The position numbers were made by a program, and so were the translations under genes. 53,263 bases of DNA from Chloroflexota bacterium (lineage in GTDB: Bacteria > Chloroflexota > Limnocylindria > Limnocylindrales > CSP1-4). Location: assembly GCA_040882425.1 (NCBI GenBank), contig JBBEBJ010000197.1, forward strand, positions 6,632 to 59,894. Direction: 5' to 3'. Shown piece by piece: positions 16,008-25,446 of this stretch (within the stretch, counting starts at the first letter, position 1; each line of letters begins with the position of its first letter). The notes under the pieces were generated by a model, which worked only from the letters and a program-made list of their open reading frames with translations, did not search any database and was not told the origin of the DNA.

Positions 16008-17701
16008 TGGCCCGTCGCGCCTGTGATGGCGCCGGGCTCCTGGACGCGTTTCGCGCGGCCGTCGCCAACCTGGAAGCCCATGTCGACGAGATCAACGCGC
16101 TCAACGTCTATCCCGTTCCTGACGGTGACACCGGGTCGAACATGCTCGCGACCGTGCGCGCGGCGCTCGACGAGGCCGAGGCGGTGGCGGACCAGCCGGC
16201 CGACCGCATCGCCGCAGCGATCAGCTTCGGCGCCCTGATGGGCGCGCGCGGGAACTCCGGTGTCATTACCAGCCAGATCTTTCGCGGCATGGCCGAGGGG
16301 TTGGGCGGCAAGACCCGGTTCAATGGCCTGGATCTCGCCCATGCGCTCTCGGAGGGTGCGCGGACCGCGTACGGGGCGGTCGCCAAGCCGGTCGAGGGCA
16401 CGATCCTGACCGTGATCCGGGAATCCGCAGCGGCGGCTGTCACCACGGCCGAGCGCGACGCCGATATCGAGACCGTTCTTGGTGCCACCCTTGGTGCCGC
16501 CGAGCACTCCGTCGCCCGGACCCCGAGCTTGCTCGCCATCCTGCGCGAGGCGGGCGTCGTCGATTCGGGCGGTCAGGGCCTCTACTACCTGTTCCAGGGG
16601 GCCCTGCTGCATCTCGCCGGCCAGTCGCCGGCTGGCGCCGTCGCGCGTCGTTCGCGCGCCGGAGCCGGCGTCAAGGTCTCCACTTTGGTGGCCCATGCTG
16701 ACGAGGGGTTCGGCTACGAGACGATGTTCCTGCTCCAGCCCAACGGCACGGGCACGCTCGACGTGGACTCCATCCGCGATCACCTCGAATCGATCGGCGA
16801 ATCGGTCCTCGTCGCCGGGGATTCCCGGGCCCTCAAGGTCCACGTTCACAACGAGCGGCCCGACGTCGTGATCGGTTACGGCCTGTCGGTCGGGACGCTG
16901 AGTCGCATCAGCGTCGAGAACCTCGACAACCAGGCGCGCGACATCCGTGAGTCGAGGGCGGCCTCGTTCACCGGCACGTCGGGAACGGCGGATCCCGCGG
17001 GACCGGCGGCGGAGGCGCCCACCGGGCCGGCCCCGGCTAGCTCGCCGGCCCTCGGCGTAGTGGCCGTGGCCCCCGGCGACGGGCTGGCGGCGATCTTCCA
17101 GGAGTTCGGCGTCGCTGCGGTCGTCAAGGGCGGCCAGTCCGCGAACCCGAGCACGGGCGAGCTCCTCGACGCGATCGACGCAGTGGATGCCCGCGAGATC
17201 ATCGTGCTGCCCAACAACCCGAACGTCGTGCTCGCCGCGCGGCAGGTCGCATCGATGACGGACCGTGCGGTCACGGTCGTACCCACCCGGAACGCTGCGG
17301 AGGGCTTTGCCGCCCTGCTATCGCTCGATCCCCAGCTCGATGGTGCCGCAAACGCCGGGCCGATGACCGAGGCCGCCCGGGCGATCCAGTCGCTCGTCAT
17401 CACCGACGCGGTCCGCGACGCCACGATTGGTGGCCGCAAGGTCAAGCGCGGGCAGACCATCGCCCTGGACCCGGACGACGGCCTCGTGGCGGTCGACGGC
17501 AATCGCGATAAGTGCGTGCTGGCCGCGATCGCCGCGCTCCAGCCCGGCTTCGAGCTGCTGACAATCTTCTACGGCGATGGCGCGGATCTCGCCGAGACGG
17601 AGGGGATCGCCAAGCGGATCGGCGCGATCCTGCCCGGCATCGACATCGAGGTCCGACACGGCGGCCAGCCGTTCTACCGGTACCTGATCGCCGCCGAGTA
17701 G
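16007..17701 (+). CDS. DAK2 domain protein (YloV / fatty-acid kinase FakA-like)
   Basis: DhaL/DAK2 motif YPVPDGDTGSNM, a central Pro/Ala linker and a C-terminal DegV-like half. The ATG overlaps the asp23 stop (TGATG). Confidence 0.88.
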   Translation: MARRACDGAGLLDAFRAAVANLEAHVDEINALNVYPVPDGDTGSNMLATVRAALDEAEAVADQPADRIAAAISFGALMGARGNSGVITSQIFRGMAEGLGGKTRFNGLDLAHALSEGARTAYGAVAKPVEGTILTVIRESAAAAVTTAERDADIETVLGATLGAAEHSVARTPSLLAILREAGVVDSGGQGLYYLFQGALLHLAGQSPAGAVARRSRAGAGVKVSTLVAHADEGFGYETMFLLQPNGTGTLDVDSIRDHLESIGESVLVAGDSRALKVHVHNERPDVVIGYGLSVGTLSRISVENLDNQARDIRESRAASFTGTSGTADPAGPAAEAPTGPAPASSPALGVVAVAPGDGLAAIFQEFGVAAVVKGGQSANPSTGELLDAIDAVDAREIIVLPNNPNVVLAARQVASMTDRAVTVVPTRNAAEGFAALLSLDPQLDGAANAGPMTEAARAIQSLVITDAVRDATIGGRKVKRGQTIALDPDDGLVAVDGNRDKCVLAAIAALQPGFELLTIFYGDGADLAETEGIAKRIGAILPGIDIEVRHGGQPFYRYLIAAE

Positions 17702-17703
17702 GG

Positions 17704-19881
17704 ATGGCCAAGGCGACCGCTCCGGCACCCGTCCCGACCGATCCGGTCGAGCTCCTGTCCGCCCCGCTGGCGAGGTCGGGGCTGGCCGCCGGGGCCCTGC
17801 TTCGCCGCGCCGGCATCCGGCTTGGCTTCTACACGGTCCGGGATCTGCTGTTCCACCTGCCTCGCCGCTACGACGACCTGCGCGAGATGCGCAAGCTCGG
17901 CGACCTCGTCTGGGTCGAGGACGGCACGGTCGTCTCGGCGCGCGTCCGCGTCGGTGATGTGCGCGTCGAGCCGACGTTCCGCCGCCGCGTCCAGCGGACG
18001 ATCGCCCGGCTCGAGGACGATACCGGGAGCGTCGACGCCACCTGGTTCGGTCGACGCTTCATCGAGCGCCGGCTGCACGTCGGGGGCGAGGTCGTGGTGT
18101 CCGGTCGGGTGAAGCACTTTGGCCGCAGGCTCACGTTCGACAACCCCGAGTTCCAGTCGGTCTCCGGTGACGAGTCCGAGGTGCTGCATGCCGGGCGGAT
18201 CGTTCCCGTCTACCCGCTCACGGCCGGCCTGACGGCGGCCCGGCTCCGGAGCGCCATCCGCGAGGCACTCGACCGGGCCGGCCACGCCTACCCGGAGTAC
18301 CTCCCGGCGCCGATCCTGCGCGACGAGGATCTCGTGCCGATCGCCCGTGCGATCGAGGAGGCGCATTACCCCGATTCGTTCGAGGGTCGCGACGCCGCGC
18401 TGCGCCGGCTGGCCTTCGACGAGCTCCTCGCCCTCCAGCTCGGCATGGTTTGGCGTCGTCGCCAGCGGATCCGCGACGCTGCGCCCGAGCTCGCCATCGA
18501 GGGCGCCGCGGATGGCGCGATCCGTGCGTCGCTCGTCTCGTCGCTGCGCGCGAAGATCGGCCGACCGGTCGATCTCACGCCCGACCAGGCCGGAGCGATG
18601 GACGCGATCCGCGCGGACATGGGCCGGGCGACCCCCATGCTCCGGCTCCTCCAGGGTGACGTCGGGTCGGGCAAGACCGCGGTCGCGGCCTACGCCCTCG
18701 CGGCGGCCGCTCGGGCCGGGGTACAGGGCGCCCTCCTGGCACCGACGGATCTGCTCGCCCGCCAGCATCTCGAGACCCTGGGAGGTCTGCTCGAAGGGCT
18801 CGGTCTCGGGGTGACCCTGCTGACCGGCTCGTTACCGGCCGACACCAAGGCCAAGGCCGGCGACGCGATCCGCTCGGGGCAGGCGGCGGTCGTGGTCGGG
18901 ACCCACGCGCTCATCCAGGAATCGGTCGCCTTTCGCGCCCTGGGCCTTGTCGTCATCGACGAGCAGCACCGGTTCGGCGTCGACCAGCGCGCCCAGCTGG
19001 AGGCCAAGGCCGGTGGACGCTCACCACACGTGCTGCTGATGACGGCCACACCCATCCCGCGGACACTCGGCCAGCTGTTCTATGCCGATCTCGACGTGTC
19101 AGACCTTCGGACGCCGCCCACCGGACGCGTGCCGATCCGGACCGGGATCCGCGCTCCAACCGAGCTGGACCGGACGTGGCTGAAGGTCAGGGAGGAGGCG
19201 GCCGCCGGCCACCGCACCTTTGTGGTGGTGCCCCTGATCGAGGAGAGCGGCGACGAGGGCGACGGTTCGGTGGCCGCCGAGACGGAGGCGGTGCGTCTCA
19301 CGACGTTGCTCGCGCCGTTGCGGGTCGGGCTCGTCCACGGCCGGATCAAGCCGGCCGAGCGCGACGCCGAGATGACGCGCTTCCGCGACGGCGACCTGGA
19401 CGTCCTGGTCGGCACGACCGTCGTGGAGGTCGGGGTCGACGTGCCGGCCGCCACGATGATGGTGATCGAGGGCGCGGACCGGTTCGGGCTCGCCCAGCTC
19501 CACCAGCTCCGCGGTCGCGTCGGCCGCGCGAACGAGGAGTCGTACTGCGTCCTCGTGTCGGACTCGACCGACGAGGTCGCCCAGGCACGGCTCAAGGCGG
19601 TCGCCGAGCTGCGCGACGGCTTCGAGCTCGCGGAGCGCGACTTCGAGCTTCGCCGTGAAGGCGACGTCCTCGGCGTGGCCCAGAGTGGCCTGCCGCGCCT
19701 GCGGATCGCGTCGCTCCAGGACGCAGGACACCGCGACCTGGCCGTGCGGGCTCGGGCCCACGCCGAGCTGTTGCTCAACGAGGAGGGTCGTCTCCATCCG
19801 CCGCGCCCGGCGCTCGCCGCGGAGCTCGAAACGGGCTGGCTCCGGCGGGTCGCGGCCGCGGAGCCGGCGAGCGGCCTATGA
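17704..19881 (+). CDS. recG: ATP-dependent DNA helicase RecG
   Basis: LQGDVGSGKTAVA, VVIDEQHRFGV, ATPIPRTL, QLHQLRGRVGR. Start is ATG 17704 (MAKATAP...). The ORF-track start at 17512 overlaps the previous gene. Confidence 0.93.
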   Translation: MAKATAPAPVPTDPVELLSAPLARSGLAAGALLRRAGIRLGFYTVRDLLFHLPRRYDDLREMRKLGDLVWVEDGTVVSARVRVGDVRVEPTFRRRVQRTIARLEDDTGSVDATWFGRRFIERRLHVGGEVVVSGRVKHFGRRLTFDNPEFQSVSGDESEVLHAGRIVPVYPLTAGLTAARLRSAIREALDRAGHAYPEYLPAPILRDEDLVPIARAIEEAHYPDSFEGRDAALRRLAFDELLALQLGMVWRRRQRIRDAAPELAIEGAADGAIRASLVSSLRAKIGRPVDLTPDQAGAMDAIRADMGRATPMLRLLQGDVGSGKTAVAAYALAAAARAGVQGALLAPTDLLARQHLETLGGLLEGLGLGVTLLTGSLPADTKAKAGDAIRSGQAAVVVGTHALIQESVAFRALGLVVIDEQHRFGVDQRAQLEAKAGGRSPHVLLMTATPIPRTLGQLFYADLDVSDLRTPPTGRVPIRTGIRAPTELDRTWLKVREEAAAGHRTFVVVPLIEESGDEGDGSVAAETEAVRLTTLLAPLRVGLVHGRIKPAERDAEMTRFRDGDLDVLVGTTVVEVGVDVPAATMMVIEGADRFGLAQLHQLRGRVGRANEESYCVLVSDSTDEVAQARLKAVAELRDGFELAERDFELRREGDVLGVAQSGLPRLRIASLQDAGHRDLAVRARAHAELLLNEEGRLHPPRPALAAELETGWLRRVAAAEPASGL

Positions 19882-19902
19882 CCCGGTGGGCGGCGACGCC
19901 GC

Positions 19903-20466
19903 GTGGCTGACGCCGGCCGGGTGATCGCCGGGACGGCGCGCGGGATCCGTCTCGAAGCCCCAGGAGAAGGGACCAGGCCGTTCGGCGACCGGGTCAAGCA
20001 GACGCTCTTCGCGGTGCTCGATCCGGATCTGCCGGGCGCCAGGGTCCTCGACCTGTTCGCGGGCAGCGGCGCGGCCGGCATCGAGGCACTCTCGCGTGGC
20101 GCGCGGCACGCCACCTTCGTCGAGCGAGACCGTGACGCGGTGCGGGTCATCGCCGCGAACCTGGCGCGGACCCACATCGCCGTGCGTGCGTCGGTGGTTC
20201 GTGCCGACGCGTTGGACTGGCTTCGGCACGCCGGGCCGGCGGAGCCCTTCGCGATCGCGATCGTGGATCCGCCGTACGCGCATCCGGACCTGCTCGAGGC
20301 GGTCCTCGAGGCGCTCGGCCCGCATCTCGCACCAGACGCTCGGGTCGTGGCCAAGCACTTCTGGCGGGACCAGCCGCCGGCCCAGGTCGGGCTGCTAGCA
20401 TCGGAGCGTGAGCGTCGGTTTGGCGAGACGGCGCTGACCTTCTACCGTCGCCAGGAGAAGCGATGA
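19903..20466 (+). CDS. rsmD: 16S rRNA (guanine966-N2)-methyltransferase RsmD
   Basis: VLDLFAGSGAAGIEALSRGA and AIVDPPY motifs. An alternative start at GTG 19921 gives the more typical N-terminus VIAGTARG. Confidence 0.88.
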   Translation: MADAGRVIAGTARGIRLEAPGEGTRPFGDRVKQTLFAVLDPDLPGARVLDLFAGSGAAGIEALSRGARHATFVERDRDAVRVIAANLARTHIAVRASVVRADALDWLRHAGPAEPFAIAIVDPPYAHPDLLEAVLEALGPHLAPDARVVAKHFWRDQPPAQVGLLASERERRFGETALTFYRRQEKR

Positions 20467-20960
20467 ACCAGGTCGCGGTCTATCCCGGCTCGTTCGATCC
20501 GATCACCAACGGCCACCTCGACATCATCGAGCGCGCCGCGAACGTGTTTGAACGGGTGATCGTCGCTGTCCTCGCCAACCCGCGCAAGGCGCCGCTGCTC
20601 GACGTCGACACCCGGATCGGGATCATCCGTGACGCCCTGGCAGCCACGGAGACGGTGCCCGGACGGATCGAGGTCGAGGCCTTCGAGGGGCTGACCGTCG
20701 AGCTGTGCCGCGCCCGCGGCGCCGGCTCGATCGTCCGCGGATTGCGCGCCATCAGCGACTTCGAGACCGAGATGCAGCTCGCGCACAACAACCGCGTGTT
20801 GGCGCCCGGCGTCGACACCGTCTTCTTCATGACCTCGGTCGAACACGGCTATGTCAGCTCGAGCCTGGTCAAGGAGATCGCGGCGTTTGGCGGCGATGTG
20901 TCGACGATGGTCCCGGCGGCGGCCGTCGCGGCTCTCGCGGTTCGATCGGAGCGCCGCTGA
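20463..20960 (+). CDS. coaD: phosphopantetheine adenylyltransferase
   Basis: VYPGSFDPITNGHLDII motif. The ATG overlaps the rsmD stop (ATGA). Confidence 0.95.
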   Translation: MNQVAVYPGSFDPITNGHLDIIERAANVFERVIVAVLANPRKAPLLDVDTRIGIIRDALAATETVPGRIEVEAFEGLTVELCRARGAGSIVRGLRAISDFETEMQLAHNNRVLAPGVDTVFFMTSVEHGYVSSSLVKEIAAFGGDVSTMVPAAAVAALAVRSERR

Positions 20961-20983
20961 ACGCTGCCCGCGTGCCATAATCT

Positions 20984-21577
20984 GTGCCGGTCCGACCGGG
21001 CCCGTGCCGGCCCACCCAGGAGGGCAGTCCGATCGACATCATCTTCCTCGTCGAGCGCCTCGAGTCCCTGATCGCCAACGGCAAGAAGCTGCCCCTCACG
21101 ACCAACGTGGTGCTCGATCAGAACGCGGCGCTCGGACTCATCGACGAGCTTCGCGTCGCCGTCCCCGAGGAGGTCCGTGCCGCCAAGCGGATCAACTCAG
21201 AGGGTGAGCGGATCATCGAGAAGGCGCAGGACGAGGCGGAGCGGATCGTGGCCAAGGCCCAGGAGCAGGCCGCGTTCCTGATCGATGAGCGCGGGTTGAC
21301 CCAGGCCGCCGAGGCGCTGAGCCTGCAGATCATCGCCGACGCCCACGCCGACGCCGACGAGATCCGTCGCGGCGCCGACGAGTACGCGGTGAGCGTGCTC
21401 GTCGGGCTTGAAGGCGACGTGGTCAAGACCCTCCAGAGCATCAAGAAGGGGATCGCGATGCTCGACGAACGGCGAGCGACGCTCGAGGTGGACGGCGGCA
21501 CCGGTCGCGATGGGCAGGAGCCACTCGAGGAGCCATGGGAGGGCGAGGCGGGCGAGGCGTCCCCGGCAACGCGGTGA
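20984..21577 (+). CDS. conserved-looking coiled-coil protein of unknown function (ATP-synthase-b/E-like heptads)
   Basis: Charged helical repeats (RIIEKAQDEAERIVAKAQEQAAFLIDERG...ADADEIRRGADEYA). Third positions are GC-rich. The start is uncertain: GTG 20984, or the AGGAGGG-preceded ATC at 21032. Confidence 0.6.
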   Translation: MPVRPGPCRPTQEGSPIDIIFLVERLESLIANGKKLPLTTNVVLDQNAALGLIDELRVAVPEEVRAAKRINSEGERIIEKAQDEAERIVAKAQEQAAFLIDERGLTQAAEALSLQIIADAHADADEIRRGADEYAVSVLVGLEGDVVKTLQSIKKGIAMLDERRATLEVDGGTGRDGQEPLEEPWEGEAGEASPATR

Positions 21578-22122
21578 CGGAGCGGCCATTCGAGGGGCCG
21601 CTCGCCTGGAACGTCGCCGGTCTCCTCGCGGAGGCACCTGGAGCGGAGCGCGACTACGAGGTCGCCGGCGTCGAGATCGACCTGGGCGAGGACCTGCGGC
21701 TTGCCGAGCCGATCGAGGGGCGGGTCCGGTTGATCCGGACCAACCGTGGCGTGCTTGCCACCGCCGACCTGTACGCGGCGCTGGCACTCGAGTGCGGCCG
21801 CTGTCTCCGCGACGTTGCGCATGGTGTCGAGGCTCGGTTCCAGGAGGAGTACCTGCCGTCGCTCGACCTGGTCACGGGGCGTTCACTCCCGGCGGATGAC
21901 GAACCGGACATCGCTCGCTTGAGCGATCACCATGAGCTGGACCTCGAAACCCCCGTTCGCGAGGCGCTGCAGCTGGGCGAACCCATCGCCCCGCTCTGCC
22001 GCCCCGACTGTCCCGGGCTCTGCGTGGTCTGCGGTGGCCGGCTCGACGAGGGGTCGCACGACCACCCCGAGGACGATATCGATCCGCGGCTCGAAGCCTT
22101 GCGCGCCCTGCTCCCGGACTGA
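21574..22122 (+). CDS. yceD: YceD/DUF177 family protein (ribosome-maturation associated)
   Basis: C-terminal LCRPDCPGLCVVCGGRL plus an internal CGRCL. It sits upstream of rpmF as in other bacteria. GTG 21574 overlaps the previous stop (GTGA); the ORF track starts at 21535. Confidence 0.85.
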   Translation: MTERPFEGPLAWNVAGLLAEAPGAERDYEVAGVEIDLGEDLRLAEPIEGRVRLIRTNRGVLATADLYAALALECGRCLRDVAHGVEARFQEEYLPSLDLVTGRSLPADDEPDIARLSDHHELDLETPVREALQLGEPIAPLCRPDCPGLCVVCGGRLDEGSHDHPEDDIDPRLEALRALLPD

Positions 22123-22127
22123 TCAGC

Positions 22128-23021
22128 GTGACGATCACGGTGCGCGTCGCCGAGTCCGACGATGACCTGGAGGCCTGGCGGCGGGTCCGGATGGCCATCC
22201 TGCCCAACGAGCGGTGCCTGTCCGTGTCGGAGATGCGGGCGATGGCGACCGCTGAGACGCTCCATCTCGTCGCCGAACTCGATGGCGAGCTGGCCGGCTC
22301 CGGTCTCGCGGGCCGGTCGAGCTTCGATTACGCTGGTCTGCATCCGCGGGTGCTACCGGCCGCACGCCGCCGCGGCGTGGGCACGGCCTTGCTCGAGCGG
22401 CTGGCCGAGCACGCGCTCGGTGTCGGCTTTGCCGAGGCCGGGACGGTCGTCGAGGGTGACGGCTCGATGGCCTTCGCGACCCACTTCGGTTTCGTCGAGG
22501 TGGACCGCCAGGTCGAGCAGGTCCGGACCATCGGCGCCGAGCCATGGCCGCCGGTCCCCGCGGGAATCGAGGTGGTCACGATTGCCAGCCGCCCGGAGTT
22601 ATGGGCGGCAGCGTACGACCCGTTTGCGCTGGAGGCGTATGCGGACATGGCGACCTTCCGACCGATCGTCGTCTCCCGCGAACAATGGGAACGGGACTGG
22701 TTGTCCTGGCCCGAGGCGATGTTTTTCGCGCTGGCGGACGGGGAGATCGTCGGGTGCGCCGGGCTCGAATTCGATCCGGACCAACCCGACCGTGCCGAGC
22801 ACGCGCTCACCGCCGTCGCGCGTCCGTGGCGGAGGCGTGGACTTGCCTCGCTCCTGAAGCGGATGACGCTGGCGTTCGCGGCCACGAACGGGGTACGGGA
22901 GGTCTACACCTGGACCCAGATCGGCAACGCCGACATGCGCGCCCTGAACGGGCGGCTCGGATATGTCGCCCGGGGCGAGGCCATCACCGTGCGCGGTCCG
23001 TTGCCGCTCCGGCGACCATGA
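22128..23021 (+). CDS. tandem-GNAT N-acetyltransferase
   Basis: Two acetyl-CoA-binding motif-A-like segments (RRRGVGTALLERL and RRRGLASLLKRM) sit in two ~140-aa halves. Confidence 0.75.
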   Translation: MTITVRVAESDDDLEAWRRVRMAILPNERCLSVSEMRAMATAETLHLVAELDGELAGSGLAGRSSFDYAGLHPRVLPAARRRGVGTALLERLAEHALGVGFAEAGTVVEGDGSMAFATHFGFVEVDRQVEQVRTIGAEPWPPVPAGIEVVTIASRPELWAAAYDPFALEAYADMATFRPIVVSREQWERDWLSWPEAMFFALADGEIVGCAGLEFDPDQPDRAEHALTAVARPWRRRGLASLLKRMTLAFAATNGVREVYTWTQIGNADMRALNGRLGYVARGEAITVRGPLPLRRP

Positions 23022-23022
23022 A

Positions 23023-23052
23023 CTGACGAAGGGCATCGTTTCGAGGTAGACT
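23023..23052 (+). promoter_or_regulatory. candidate sigma-A type promoter for rpmF-plsX (CTGACG-18-TAGACT)
   Basis: -35-like CTGACG at 23023-28 and -10 TAGACT at 23047-52, followed by ccg. AAGGAG SD precedes ATG 23137. Confidence 0.4.
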
Positions 23053-23136
23053 CCGCCGTCGACGCGAACCGCGGTCACCGCCTGAGCGCCGTCTCGGAAT
23101 CCGACCGCGTCCCACGACAAGGAGCACCACGACCCC

Positions 23137-23343
23137 ATGGGTGTACCGAAGCGACGTGTCTCGCATGCCCGCCAGGGTGAGCGTCGCGCGCACCTCGCCA
23201 TCGAGCTGCCACACCTCGAGGAGTGTTCGCACTGCCACGAGATGAAGCTCCCGCACCACGTCTGTCCCAACTGCGGCTACTACAACGGCCGACTCGCCGT
23301 CCAGCCCAAGGCAGAAGCCCGGCCCGACGACGCCGCGCGCTGA
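23137..23343 (+). CDS. rpmF: 50S ribosomal protein L32 (zinc-ribbon type)
   Basis: MGVPKRRVSHARQGERRAH... with CSHC...CPNCG. Confidence 0.95.
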   Translation: MGVPKRRVSHARQGERRAHLAIELPHLEECSHCHEMKLPHHVCPNCGYYNGRLAVQPKAEARPDDAAR

Positions 23344-23347
23344 CCCG

Positions 23348-24418
23348 GTGACCGGGTCCGGGCCGATGGTTGGCGAACCGGCTGGCGCCGGCGTTCGTGT
23401 TGCGGTCGACGCCATGGGCGGCGACCACGGGCCGACCGAGGTGATCCCGGGCGCGCTGGATCACGCCGCCGAGCACGCCGAGGACCGGGTGATCCTGGTC
23501 GGCGACGAGCAGGCGATCCGGACGATCGCCGGCGATCTCCCGACAAACGTGTCGATCGTGCACGCCAGCCAGGTCATCGGCATGGACGAACACCCGGCGC
23601 TCGCGATGCGCGAGAAGAAGGACGCATCGATCATCGTGGCGATGGACCTGGTCCGGGAGGGCAAGGCGGATGCCGTGGTGACCGCCGGCCACACCGGCGC
23701 CGGCATGGCGGCCGCCGTCCTGCGGCTCGGGCGGTTGCCGGGCGTGGACCGGCCGGCCCTCGCGGTCCAGATGGTCACCGACGCCGGGCCCGTGGTCCTG
23801 CTCGACATCGGCGCGAACCCCGACTCCACCGCCGAGAACCTGGCCCAGTACGCGCGAATGGGGGCCATCTTTGCCGAACGGGTGCTCGGCGTTGCGTCAC
23901 CGCGGGTCGCGCTCCTCTCGATCGGCGAGGAGAAGGGGAAGGGCGACGCCCGGATCCAGCGCGCGACCGAGCTGCTGGACGCTTCTGACCTCCATTTCGT
24001 CGGCAACGTCGAGGGCAAGGATCTCCCACACCATCACGCGGATGTGGTCGTGTGCGACGCGGTCCTGGGCAACGTGGTGATCAAGTTCTTCGAGGGGCTG
24101 TCCGGGTTCATCTTCGACCTGTGGCGGCGCGAGCTGTCCGGTTCGTGGCGCGGTCGCCTGGCGTACCTGCTGCTGCGACCCGGGGTTGCCCGGATCCGCC
24201 ACGTCTTCGACTACGAGCGGGCCGGGGGATCGCCCTTGCTCGGGGTTCGCGGGTCGGTCATCATCACGCACGGTCGAGCCAAACGCCGGATGATCGGGTT
24301 CGCCTGTGACGTGGCCGCGACGACGGCGCGGACGGGCGTCCCGGCCCTGATCGCCGAGGCCCTCGCGGCGAACCAGGCTCCATCCCGTCCATCGGTCGCC
24401 AGCGTGGAGGCATCGTGA
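23348..24418 (+). CDS. plsX: phosphate acyltransferase PlsX
   Basis: AVDAMGGDHGP and FVGNVEGKDL motifs. rpmF-plsX linkage is conserved. Confidence 0.93.
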   Translation: MTGSGPMVGEPAGAGVRVAVDAMGGDHGPTEVIPGALDHAAEHAEDRVILVGDEQAIRTIAGDLPTNVSIVHASQVIGMDEHPALAMREKKDASIIVAMDLVREGKADAVVTAGHTGAGMAAAVLRLGRLPGVDRPALAVQMVTDAGPVVLLDIGANPDSTAENLAQYARMGAIFAERVLGVASPRVALLSIGEEKGKGDARIQRATELLDASDLHFVGNVEGKDLPHHHADVVVCDAVLGNVVIKFFEGLSGFIFDLWRRELSGSWRGRLAYLLLRPGVARIRHVFDYERAGGSPLLGVRGSVIITHGRAKRRMIGFACDVAATTARTGVPALIAEALAANQAPSRPSVASVEAS

Positions 24419-24729
24419 ACGGCCCGGCATTGACGGTCGGACGAGGCGTGATCTCGGAGCTGGTGCGGCTGGCCGCGTTCGAGGTCCCGGGGGTCGCCCG
24501 CGTCGGCCGCGGTGGCGCGGCCTGGCGACGACTCCTCGGTGGTCCGGCCGTTTCCGTGCAGTTCCGCAATGATCGCGTCCTCGTCAGGTTGTGGATCGTG
24601 GCCCGCCCCGGGCAGGCCCTCGGGCCCCTCGCCGGCCAGGTCCGCGCGGCGGTCGCGGCAACGGTGGAGCGGCTACTCGGCCTCGATCTCGGAGCGGTGA
24701 CCGTCCTGGTCGATGGCGTCGGGGGCTGA
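24415..24729 (+). CDS. Asp23/Gls24 family (DUF322) protein, YqhY-like
   Basis: VISELVRLAAFEVPGVARV ... VRLWIVARPGQALGPLAGQVRAAVAATVERLLG. It lies upstream of nusB as in Firmicutes. GTG start overlaps the plsX stop (GTGA). Confidence 0.8.
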   Translation: MNGPALTVGRGVISELVRLAAFEVPGVARVGRGGAAWRRLLGGPAVSVQFRNDRVLVRLWIVARPGQALGPLAGQVRAAVAATVERLLGLDLGAVTVLVDGVGG

Positions 24730-25237
24730 CCGGGTCCGCGGCCGGCGAACCGGTCGACGGCTCGCGCTCGCAGCGGTGTTCGAGGCGGACTTCGGGCAGC
24801 GGACCGCGGATGCCGTGCTCGAGCGCCACCTGGCGGAGGAGGAACGGGACGACAACGCCGCGACCCTGGCCCGGGAGCTGGTCGCCGCGGAGATGCGTCA
24901 CCGCGACGCGATCGACGCCGAGATCACCCGCCGAGCGCCCCAGTATCCGGTCACCGGGCTGGCCCGGATGGACCGCGCGTTGCTCCGTACCGCCATATCC
25001 GAGGTGCTACACTCGGCGACGCCGGCCCGGGTGGCGATCGCCGAGTGGGTCGAGCTGGCACGGACCTACAGTGGAGACCCGATGCGACGCCTCATGAACG
25101 GCGTCCTCGGGAGCATCGCAGCCAGCGGCGACCCGCCGACGGCATCATCACCAAGCTCCGAGGAGGGAGTCAGTGGCAACCACGTACGAGCGCCTCAAGA
25201 AGATCGTCGTCGAGCAGCTCGGCGCCGACGAGGATGA
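24713..25237 (+). CDS. nusB: transcription antitermination factor NusB
   Basis: [13 protein letters not shown] and [13 protein letters not shown] motifs. A low-complexity tail reads on into acpP, giving a 65-nt overlap. Confidence 0.88.
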   Translation: MASGADRVRGRRTGRRLALAAVFEADFGQRTADAVLERHLAEEERDDNAATLARELVAAEMRHRDAIDAEITRRAPQYPVTGLARMDRALLRTAISEVLHSATPARVAIAEWVELARTYSGDPMRRLMNGVLGSIAASGDPPTASSPSSEEGVSGNHVRAPQEDRRRAARRRRG

Positions 25238-25409
25238 GGTCAAGCCTGAGGCGTCGTTCGTCGATGACCTGAACGCCGACTCACTCGACCTCGTCGAGCT
25301 CATCATGAGCCTCGAAGAGGAGTTCGGGACGGAGATCTCGGACGAGGATGCGGAGAAGATCCGCACCGTCCAGGATGCCGTCGAGTACATCGACGAGCGA
25401 TCCACCTAG
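25173..25409 (+). CDS. acpP: acyl carrier protein
   Basis: [21 protein letters not shown] carries the phosphopantetheine-attachment Ser. GAGGAGGG SD lies 5 nt upstream of GTG 25173. Confidence 0.95.
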   Translation: MATTYERLKKIVVEQLGADEDEVKPEASFVDDLNADSLDLVELIMSLEEEFGTEISDEDAEKIRTVQDAVEYIDERST

Positions 25410-25446
25410 CGACGTTCGGCCCAGCCGCGGGCGAACGCCGAGCATC

